Source: Candidatus Omnitrophota bacterium
GTDB lineage: Bacteria > Omnitrophota > Gorgyraeia > Velamenicoccales > Velamenicoccaceae
DNA length: 64,000 nucleotides
Assembly (NCBI GenBank): GCA_003451585.1
Contig: DMEU01000011.1
Location: forward strand, 29,493 to 93,492
Direction: 5' to 3'
Part shown: piece by piece, positions 36,060 through 43,418 of the stretch
Layout: each line of letters opens with the position of its first letter
Numbering within the stretch: the stretch's first letter is position 1
The notes under the pieces: generated by a model
Told to the model about the DNA's origin: nothing
What the model saw: the letters and a program-made list of their open reading frames with translations, nothing else
The model's database searches: none
Made by a program: the position numbers and the translations under genes

Positions 36060-36091
36060 CACCTTAATATAGTAGAATAGCGCAGCGGTAA

Positions 36092-37183
36092 ATGAAAAAA
36101 TACGGGTTGTTTTTTACTTTTATCTTTGCGGCCGCCTGTTTTATTTTCCTGCCTGTGGTCTTTTCCGGCGATGTGTTGCATGAAGCAAGTTTTTACTTCA
36201 AGCTCGATAATAAACAGGTAAATTGCGTGCTTTGTCCCCGCAGGTGTGTTATCCCTGACGGAAGGCGCGGTTTTTGCGGGGTCAGAGAGAATAGGGGAGG
36301 CACGCTCTATTCTCTGGTCTATTCCAAGCCATGCGCGGTCCACATCGACCCTATAGAGAAGAAACCTCTTTTTCATGTCTTGCCCGGTTCGACCGCTTTT
36401 TCTCTTGCGACAGTAGGTTGTAATCTAAGGTGCAAGTTCTGTCAGAATTGGCAGATCTCGCAGGCCTCTCCGGAAGATGTGGTACCTCTTGACCTTTCTC
36501 CGGAGGAGGTGATCAGACATATCAAGGAAAGCGGCTCGCCGGTGATAGCATATACATATACCGAACCTACCGTATATTACGAATACATGTTCGATATTGC
36601 AAGGCTTGCGCGCGCAGCCGGTATAAAGAATGTCATGCATTCAGCAGGTTTCATAAACGAGGAGCCTCTGCGTCGGCTTTGCCCTTACCTGGACGCGGCC
36701 AATATTGACTTAAAGGGTTTTAATAACAGGTTCTATTCTGAGATGACGCTTGGAAATGTCGACGATGTGCTGCGCACGCTTGTGGTCTTAAAAGATGAGG
36801 GTGTCTGGACCGAGATAACCAACCTTATCCTGCCCGGGCTAAACGATGACGCGCAGGAGATAAGGAGGATGTGTTTATGGATACGCGACAATCTCGGGCC
36901 GGATACGCCGGTCCATTTCACTCGCTTTACCCCGCACTATAAACTTATGAACCTTTCCCCCACTCCGGTCCAGACGCTTATTATGGCTAGAAGAATAGCG
37001 CGGGAGGCCGGCTTAAAATACGTGTATCTTGGCAATATTTCCCACACCGATGCCGAGGACACTTTTTGCCCGAAATGCGGAAAGCCGGTCATAGAGAGGG
37101 CAGGCTATGTCATAACGGCAAATAATGTCGTAGAAGGCAAGTGTAAGTTCTGCGGAGAGAAGATAAATGGCATCTGGAAATAA
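36092..37183 (+). CDS. AmmeMemoRadiSam system radical SAM enzyme
   Basis: CNLRCKFCQNWQISQ cluster motif of the PFL-activase-like AmmeMemoRadiSam subfamily. Adjacent to Memo/AMMECR1. Hydrophobic N-terminal segment. Confidence 0.85.
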   Translation: MKKYGLFFTFIFAAACFIFLPVVFSGDVLHEASFYFKLDNKQVNCVLCPRRCVIPDGRRGFCGVRENRGGTLYSLVYSKPCAVHIDPIEKKPLFHVLPGSTAFSLATVGCNLRCKFCQNWQISQASPEDVVPLDLSPEEVIRHIKESGSPVIAYTYTEPTVYYEYMFDIARLARAAGIKNVMHSAGFINEEPLRRLCPYLDAANIDLKGFNNRFYSEMTLGNVDDVLRTLVVLKDEGVWTEITNLILPGLNDDAQEIRRMCLWIRDNLGPDTPVHFTRFTPHYKLMNLSPTPVQTLIMARRIAREAGLKYVYLGNISHTDAEDTFCPKCGKPVIERAGYVITANNVVEGKCKFCGEKINGIWK

Positions 37184-38687
37184 GTGTAAAGTTAAAAGTG
37201 TAAAGTTTAAAGTAAATTTTAATATTATAAAGTACCTGATCTTATTATTTGTCTTTACACTTTACACTTTACACTTTACGCCATTTTGTGCTACTGAAAA
37301 TGTAAGAGTAAAGGAGCCTAATGTTGCCGGGACTTTTTACCCGGATGATAAGGCCGAGTTATCCGCATTGATCCGGAAATATGTCCGTCAGGCGAAAGGC
37401 GCGCCCGTTGGCGGCAAGCCGGTGGTCCTTATCGCACCTCATGCAGGATATATATATTCCGGCCCCGTTGCCGCTTATGGATACGCGACCATCGAAGGCA
37501 TGTCGTTTGATACGGTTATCATACTTGCTGCATCCCATTATTTTTCATTTAAAGGTGCCTCTGTCTATAAGGAAGGGTCTTTCCGCACTCCCTTAGGTGA
37601 TCTTGCGATCGATACTGCCCTTGCTTCTGAGCTGTTGTCCTTAGATTCTGAACTTTTAATTTTTAAACCAAACTATTTTGAACAGGAGCACTCCCTGGAA
37701 GTGGAGCTGCCTTTTTTGCAGGAGGTTTTAAAGCCCGGTTTTAAGATCCTGCCCGTATTGTTCGGCGATCTGTCGTATGAGGGTTGCCTTGCACTGGCGA
37801 AATATCTGGCCGGAGTAACCGAAGGAAGAGATGTCCTTGTTGTGGCCAGCACAGACCTGTCTCACTACAGGCCTTATGGAGAAGCGTTAGTCTACGATAA
37901 AAAAACCATCGATCATATCAAAAACTTCGACACAAGGGGATTGTGGGATGCCGTGGCAGGGACGGGATGGAATGTATGCGGCATAAAACCCGTTGTAACA
38001 GGCATTGAATTCGCAAAAATTAAAAACGCAAAAAGCCTTAATGTATTGAAATATGCCAATTCCGGAGATACAGCAGGAGGAAAAGACCGGGTCGTGGGTT
38101 ATACAAGTATCCTTATCAGTAAGGAGGAAGGAATGTTCAAAAGAGAAGAAAAAAGGCGCTTGCTTGAGATCGCAAGGCGCACGATAGAGACCCAAGTGAG
38201 AGAGGGTAAGGCCCCGGCCCTTGAGGGAGAGTGCCCTGCCTTGAGCGCGCGTTGCGGCAGTTTTGTAACCCTGCGCAAGAAGGGCGAACTCAGGGGCTGC
38301 ATCGGCAGATTCACCTCGGATGAGCCGTTATATAGTGTCGTTTCACAGATGAGCATAGAATCCTGCACCCATGATTACAGGTTTTCTCCTGTGACCGCCG
38401 ATGAGCTTGACGATATCACGATCGAGATCTCGGTCTTGACCGAGCCTGAGCTTATAGAGGATTGGCACAGGATCAGGTTGGGGGTTGACGGAGTGATCAT
38501 ACGAAAGGGCTATTCCAGCGGTGTTTTCCTACCGCAGGTAGCGGTTGAAACAGGGTGGGACCTGGAGATGTTCTTGGGCCAGTTATGCTTTCAGAAGGCA
38601 GGATTACCCAGTGATTGTTTTAAGGACCCTGAAACGAAAATCTACACCTTCCAGGCCGAAATTTTTTCAGAAGACGGCCTAAAATAA
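37167..38687 (+). CDS. fused AmmeMemoRadiSam protein B (Memo) + protein A (AMMECR1)
   Basis: Memo half: VAGTFYP, APHAGYIYSG, DLSH. AMMECR1 half: LRGCIGRF. The only in-frame start is the ATG at 37167, overlapping the radical SAM gene. Confidence 0.85.
   Translation: MASGNKCKVKSVKFKVNFNIIKYLILLFVFTLYTLHFTPFCATENVRVKEPNVAGTFYPDDKAELSALIRKYVRQAKGAPVGGKPVVLIAPHAGYIYSGPVAAYGYATIEGMSFDTVIILAASHYFSFKGASVYKEGSFRTPLGDLAIDTALASELLSLDSELLIFKPNYFEQEHSLEVELPFLQEVLKPGFKILPVLFGDLSYEGCLALAKYLAGVTEGRDVLVVASTDLSHYRPYGEALVYDKKTIDHIKNFDTRGLWDAVAGTGWNVCGIKPVVTGIEFAKIKNAKSLNVLKYANSGDTAGGKDRVVGYTSILISKEEGMFKREEKRRLLEIARRTIETQVREGKAPALEGECPALSARCGSFVTLRKKGELRGCIGRFTSDEPLYSVVSQMSIESCTHDYRFSPVTADELDDITIEISVLTEPELIEDWHRIRLGVDGVIIRKGYSSGVFLPQVAVETGWDLEMFLGQLCFQKAGLPSDCFKDPETKIYTFQAEIFSEDGLK
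37182..37279. repeat. 7-nt-unit hairpin (gtgtaaa/gttaaaa/gtgtaaa/gtttaaa ... ctttaca x4) inside the 5' end of the Memo-AMMECR1 ORF
   Basis: The right arm is a perfect (ctttaca)4 tandem array. The left arm is complementary in units of gtgtaaag. Confidence 0.8.
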
Positions 38688-38698
38688 AATTTGATATT

Positions 38699-39358
38699 AT
38701 GCTAAGAGTAACCGCCAGCCTGTTTTTTACCGGTTTAGTATTGGGGTACGGGCCTTGCCTTTTAAGCTGCGGCCCGCTTCTTGTCTCGTATATAACCGCT
38801 ACAAAAAAAAGCGGGATTTCCGGCCTTAAGGTATATCTTATTTTTTCAGCTACGCGCCTGTTCGTTTATCTTGTCTTCGGTATACTTGTAGGGCTATTCG
38901 GTGAGAGGCTGCTACATCGTCTTTTTGAAAGTTCCGCTCTTGCTCTTCTTTTTCTTCTTTTCGGCGGATTTCTAGCTGTACTTGGGGCGCTTATTATGAG
39001 CGGGAAAAGCGATATAGAGAACAAGTGCAGCAGTTTTATCCATCGATATGTTGAGCCGGAGGGCATAAAAAATGTTATAATTTTTGGGTTAGTGGTTTCT
39101 TTGTCACCTTGTCTGCCTCTTATGGGTGTATTGGGCTTTATTGCCTTGCTTTCAGATACATGGGCAAAGGGGGCAATGTATATGTCCGCATTCGCATTCG
39201 GCACTATTGTAAGCCCATTGATAATTTTATCCGTTACTGCCGGATGGGCTGCGCGACATTTGAGCAGGCACAGTAATATCATGCGGATAGTCAGGCTTAT
39301 TTGCGGCTTTATGATATGCCTTTTAGGTATTAACCTTATTTGGAGCGGCTTGAGATGA
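38699..39358 (+). CDS. DsbD_2/TauE-like polytopic membrane protein
   Basis: Six TM segments, with GPCLLSCGP and SPCLP Cys motifs in TM1 and TM4 as in CcdA/DsbD-type transporters. Confidence 0.5.
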   Translation: MLRVTASLFFTGLVLGYGPCLLSCGPLLVSYITATKKSGISGLKVYLIFSATRLFVYLVFGILVGLFGERLLHRLFESSALALLFLLFGGFLAVLGALIMSGKSDIENKCSSFIHRYVEPEGIKNVIIFGLVVSLSPCLPLMGVLGFIALLSDTWAKGAMYMSAFAFGTIVSPLIILSVTAGWAARHLSRHSNIMRIVRLICGFMICLLGINLIWSGLR

Positions 39359-40080
39359 ACAGGTTTTTTGTAGAAAAAAAATATATCGGGGACACGACAA
39401 TTGAAATATCGGATGCCGCCGATGTCCGTCATCTTGCGCGCGTCTTAAGGATCCCGCAGGGAGAGGCAGTCTTTATCAGCGATGGCCAGGGGACGGGTTA
39501 TGTCGCTCAAGTTTCGCGCATCTCAAAGAATAGCGTTGTCTTAAAAATAATAGAGAGACAGCTATCCGTGGAGCGCAAGGCTGTGATCTCTTTGGCCTGC
39601 GCCATACCTAAGAATGCGCGTTTTGAAGATATCGTTGATAAATGCACGCAGCTTGGGGTAGGCTCGATCGCACCTCTGGTAACGGAGCGCACCCTCGTCA
39701 GCAAGACGGTTTTCAATAAGAAACTGGACAGGCTGAACAGGGTGATGATAGCTGCGGCCAAACAGAGCGGTGTTTTGTTCCTTCCTGAGATAAAGGAGGC
39801 TGTCGGGTTTTTAGAATTCTTGCCGCAAGCCGCAGGTTTTGATCTGGCCCTTTTGCCTAATTTGTCCGAGAAGTCGATGACTATAAAAAAGTCCCTTGAG
39901 GGGTTTTCTGGCAAAAGGGTCCTTGTTATGATAGGGCCGGAAGGTGATTTTACGCCAGGCGAGATCTCGCTGGCTCTTGAGGCAGGGTGTCGTGGCATAA
40001 GCCTCGGTGAATCCGTCTTAAGGGTAGATACGGCCGCTATTTGTGCTGTGAGTTTTTTGAGGTTGTATCTGGGCCTATAA
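39355..40080 (+). CDS. rsmE: 16S rRNA (uracil1498-N3)-methyltransferase
   Basis: MNRFFV start, PUA-like N-terminus and a SPOUT C-terminus (IGPEGDFTPGE). ATGA overlap with the upstream gene. Confidence 0.85.
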   Translation: MNRFFVEKKYIGDTTIEISDAADVRHLARVLRIPQGEAVFISDGQGTGYVAQVSRISKNSVVLKIIERQLSVERKAVISLACAIPKNARFEDIVDKCTQLGVGSIAPLVTERTLVSKTVFNKKLDRLNRVMIAAAKQSGVLFLPEIKEAVGFLEFLPQAAGFDLALLPNLSEKSMTIKKSLEGFSGKRVLVMIGPEGDFTPGEISLALEAGCRGISLGESVLRVDTAAICAVSFLRLYLGL

Positions 40081-40166
40081 AGACATTTTGTGTAAAGACC
40101 TTACAAGCACAATAAAACTATGCCCGCACCTGCGGAAAGATATGCGCGAAATAATTAATAATCTTC

Positions 40167-40194
40167 TTGACAAAAATCACTTCTGAGGTAAACT
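40167..40194 (+). promoter_or_regulatory. candidate promoter of the fimbria-like cluster
   Basis: TTGACA (40167-40172), 16-nt spacer, TAAACT (40189-40194). Confidence 0.4.
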
Positions 40195-40249
40195 TAAACA
40201 TTATAAAAAGTTTTAAAAAGTATTTATGCCGCACCAGTAAATTGAGAAT

Positions 40250-41701
40250 ATGACCGTTTCCGCAAAAAAAGCCTTTTTCGCCTTTTTATTATTTGCGTCT
40301 CCTTTTTTCTTTTCCTTGTCTCTTCCTTTATCGGCTTTCGCAGTATTTAATTTGACAGCTGCCCCTGAAAGCGGCGGTTTTGACTTGCGTTTTACGCGCG
40401 TATCGCCAGGTGATTTTAAGCAGGCCAGGGAGGTAACTTTAAGGATCAACTCCGATATAGGTAAGCAATACCGCGTTGTACAGCAATTGATCAAGCCTCT
40501 ATCTATGATGGATGGTACACAAATACCGGATGGGCAGTTTAAGATGTATCCTTTGGTCAACTCCAATAGCCAGGGTACCTTGCTCTACCGCGAAGAAACA
40601 CCGGTGAGTTCTTATAACACCGTGCTTTATACCTCTAACCCTGCAGGAAGCAATGATTCGTTCAAACTGGTCTATACTATAATACCTTTTGAAACACAGA
40701 TCCCCGGCTCTTATCACGGCCGCATATCTTACATATTGCAGCCGATCGATTCAACCGAATCCCAGGTCGTCGTCACATTAAATATCTACGTCGATATGGC
40801 CGCAGGCACAACCCCCGTAATTGAGGTGACGGCCAGTTCTGTTTCAGGACGGATCAGCTTAACGTCGGAGGGGATGACCCCTAAGGATCCTTTTGGGCCC
40901 AAGGAGAATCCCAGGGTATCTATAAAAGTCCATTCTCCTATGGGTGCCACGTATCGTATATATCAGGGGTTGCAGAGTAATGCTGTTGTTTCCGGCAGCG
41001 GTGATGAGTTCGATCTCTCTAAGATATCGTTTACTGTTGACGGCGGCAATAACGGTGTCGCGGCCAGGCAGGGAGACCTGAAAGGGGCTCAAGTAAGGCA
41101 GCTTTTGTATACATCTGATGGATTTGGGGCGCCGGATGAATTTGTGGTCACATATAAGCCATCAAAGGATTTCCGTCTGCAAAAAGCGGATCTCTACAGG
41201 GGAAGGCTTGTTTTTACTGTGGAGAAGGCCACTGACGCGGCTCCGCTGTCTATTAAAACACTGGACATGGAAGTGGATATCGAGCCGGTCTTTGATATCC
41301 ACGTCTACTCAGGCGGGAAGGAAGGCGTCTTTCTAAGATTTGGAGAGATAAGCTATAAGACCGGCCCTAAGTCATCCGATGTTGAGGTCTTCGTAGAGTC
41401 GAACATGGGCAGGCCTTATCAGGTGGTCCAAAAGGTGTCAGGGCCTATGATGAACGAGGCCGCCGATAAGATACCGGAGGAGGATTTTGTTGTCAGGGTC
41501 AAGGACGTGGATCACCAGCAAGAGGCCGGTTTTAGTTTAAAAGATGAGGCGCGCGTAACTGAAGGCGATACTGTGATATTTGCCTCAGGGCCTAAAGGGC
41601 ATAGCGCCAGTTTTACCGCTGAATATAAGCTGACATTGCGGCCGGATTCAAAACCCGGGAATTATTCTACGCAGATAGGTTATTCCTTAGCTTTGAATTA
41701 A
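40250..41701 (+). CDS. secreted protein made of three tandem ~150-aa beta-rich domains (fimbrial-subunit-like)
   Basis: Signal peptide ...LSAFA. Each domain repeats the motifs G.xYR/QVVQ, LLYTS / VLYTS / VIFAS and a terminal G.Y.G.I.Y.L strand. Confidence 0.7.
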   Translation: MTVSAKKAFFAFLLFASPFFFSLSLPLSAFAVFNLTAAPESGGFDLRFTRVSPGDFKQAREVTLRINSDIGKQYRVVQQLIKPLSMMDGTQIPDGQFKMYPLVNSNSQGTLLYREETPVSSYNTVLYTSNPAGSNDSFKLVYTIIPFETQIPGSYHGRISYILQPIDSTESQVVVTLNIYVDMAAGTTPVIEVTASSVSGRISLTSEGMTPKDPFGPKENPRVSIKVHSPMGATYRIYQGLQSNAVVSGSGDEFDLSKISFTVDGGNNGVAARQGDLKGAQVRQLLYTSDGFGAPDEFVVTYKPSKDFRLQKADLYRGRLVFTVEKATDAAPLSIKTLDMEVDIEPVFDIHVYSGGKEGVFLRFGEISYKTGPKSSDVEVFVESNMGRPYQVVQKVSGPMMNEAADKIPEEDFVVRVKDVDHQQEAGFSLKDEARVTEGDTVIFASGPKGHSASFTAEYKLTLRPDSKPGNYSTQIGYSLALN

Positions 41702-41728
41702 AAATTAAAAAGAAGGGGGGTGAATATA

Positions 41729-42466
41729 ATGAGAAAAAGACTATTAGTGTGGGCAGTCGTGTGCGCGTTGGCTGGGCTTGATATGGCTCCGGTGTATGCG
41801 CAGACATCTGCTACTGGTCCAAGTGGTGCGGCATCGGCTACTGTGCCTCAGGTTTTAGAATTCACATTGAGCCGTGTCGTGAGAATGAATTCAGCGGCTG
41901 GAGATACCAATCCCTTTACTCAGGGTACGGTATTGACGTCGCCTTCATTTAATTTCGGCACTTTGGCTCGCGTGAATGATGCCGAGGGTAACTTCTTATA
42001 CATGCGCGGTGAATACTACTACTATATTCTAATGATCGCGGCTACATCAGGCCGTAGATATAAGATAACCGAAACCGGCACTCAGTTGACCGGACCAGGA
42101 GGCGTGTTATTGCCGAAGGAGTCTGTGTTATTGGTCCCTGATTATCAGTGGTTGGATACATTGGGTACTGTGGCGCAGGGAGCTCCTCCAGGGAACGCGT
42201 CGGTAGGCCCGGTTGCATCCGCTTCTAATACCGGATCACTCGTTTATCAGAGTGATACCGCTGGTTTAGGCAGGCTGGTGAGGTCAGTGATCGCGATCAG
42301 CGGTCCTGGCGCAGGTTCTGCTTATCCTTCTAACTACAGCCTTGGTTTTAACGGGGCTGTCGGGCAGGGGGCAAAGCAGGAATATACAGCTTGGAAGGCT
42401 ATAACTCCTGATCAACCGTCAGGCGCGTATAGCGGCACCATAACGTTTACTTTGGTATTGAATTAA
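41729..42466 (+). CDS. secreted single-domain paralog of the 40250 protein (fimbrial-subunit-like)
   Basis: Signal peptide ...APVYA. Motifs FNFGTL, RRYKITE and SLVYQSD, with C-terminal PSGAYSGTITFTLVLN matching PGNYSTQIGYSLALN. ATG at 41729 after AAGGGGGG. Confidence 0.7.
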   Translation: MRKRLLVWAVVCALAGLDMAPVYAQTSATGPSGAASATVPQVLEFTLSRVVRMNSAAGDTNPFTQGTVLTSPSFNFGTLARVNDAEGNFLYMRGEYYYYILMIAATSGRRYKITETGTQLTGPGGVLLPKESVLLVPDYQWLDTLGTVAQGAPPGNASVGPVASASNTGSLVYQSDTAGLGRLVRSVIAISGPGAGSAYPSNYSLGFNGAVGQGAKQEYTAWKAITPDQPSGAYSGTITFTLVLN

Positions 42467-42475
42467 TGTAGACGG

Positions 42476-42523
42476 TTTTTTTGGCAGCAGCTTCGTCTTT
42501 TGGCGAGGCTGCTGCCAAAAAAG
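42476..42523. other. strong stem-loop between the subunit and chaperone-like genes
   Basis: ggcagcagcttcg pairs with cgaggctgctgcc (13 bp, one G.U). A T7 run lies 5' and an A6 run 3' of the stem. Confidence 0.75.
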
Positions 42524-42531
42524 GAAAACAT

Positions 42532-43383
42532 ATGAATATTAAAAAAATCTATAGTTGTCTGGTACTATCCGTACTCATAAATATATTTTTTACTACATTT
42601 TCTTGGGCAGGGCTACGCATTGATAAGCCAAAGGTCCGGCTCAATATCGCACCTGCGAGCTATGACAGCGGAGAGGTAAAAGTCGAAAATACCGGCGGAG
42701 AGGTTTTAAGCGTTAAGGTGTATCTTGAAGATTGGGTATATGCACAGCAGGATGGCGGGAAGACCTTTGCCCCTAAGGGGACCAATGCTTTATCTTGTTC
42801 GGATTGGATAACCTTTTATCCGGCAGATTTTACTTTGGCGGCCAATGATTCGCGGATAGTGCGTTATACGGTAAAAGTCCCAAAGGATGCGCGGGGCGGG
42901 CATTATTCGGTAATGTTCTTTGAGACCGGTGGTGAGGATATCGAAACGCCGAATGAGGAAGGGACGACTGTGCGTATAAAGGTATTGAACCGGCTTGGAG
43001 CCCTCTTTTATATAGAGCCGGAAGGCACTATCAAGAAGGCCGCAGAATTGAAAAATCTTGGACTAATACATAAACTCAACGATCTGATTGTATCCGCCGA
43101 TCTTGTCAATTCGGGGAATACGGATATAACGGCCGGCGGAACGTTCAATATAATAGATAAGGAAGGTTTTGTATATGCGCGCGGCGCGTTCGACGAAGTA
43201 TATACTTTGCCCGGCGATAAAGCGGCGCTTCGTTCCGTGGCCGCATCTACGAGTTTAAAACCCGGCACTTATGATATCCTTATAACATTGGATTTTCAGA
43301 ATGGCGGTACGCTTGTGCATGAATCCCAGTTCGATATCTCCGCAGACGGCGCTATCTCCCTATCGGCAGTGCAAGCACAATAA
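42532..43383 (+). CDS. periplasmic two-domain Ig-like protein, PapD-like chaperone candidate
   Basis: Signal peptide. First domain pattern: VRLNI..ASYDSGEVKVENTGGEVLSVKVYLEDW ... FTLAANDSRIVRYTVKVPKDARGGHYSVMFFET. A second beta domain follows. ATG at 42532. Confidence 0.5.
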   Translation: MNIKKIYSCLVLSVLINIFFTTFSWAGLRIDKPKVRLNIAPASYDSGEVKVENTGGEVLSVKVYLEDWVYAQQDGGKTFAPKGTNALSCSDWITFYPADFTLAANDSRIVRYTVKVPKDARGGHYSVMFFETGGEDIETPNEEGTTVRIKVLNRLGALFYIEPEGTIKKAAELKNLGLIHKLNDLIVSADLVNSGNTDITAGGTFNIIDKEGFVYARGAFDEVYTLPGDKAALRSVAASTSLKPGTYDILITLDFQNGGTLVHESQFDISADGAISLSAVQAQ

Positions 43384-43418
43384 TAGCTTAATTGATGTAA
43401 GGAAAAAAATAGGAGCGT

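Noticed and set aside
35931-36061. Possible tmRNA or second tRNA, because of CUGGGAUUCGAAGC and a ...CCCAUCUGCUCCACCA-like end
   Set aside because: There is no matching 5' acceptor strand (GGAGCAG) upstream. The T-loop is reduced to 3 nt, and the stretch is far too short for a tag reading frame and pseudoknots. An att-type duplication of the tRNA 3' end explains it better.
35730-36080. 116-aa plus-strand ORF (and the 78-aa and 130-aa minus-strand ORFs) across the tRNA region
   Set aside because: It runs straight through a well-folded tRNA-Ala and its duplicated 3' end. It has no Shine-Dalgarno sequence, and its composition reflects GC-rich non-coding DNA.
42476-42523. Calling the hairpin a plus-strand rho-independent terminator
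   Set aside because: The T-run precedes the stem and an A-run follows it, which is the orientation of a minus-strand terminator, and no minus-strand gene lies upstream. It is kept only as a stem-loop of unknown role.
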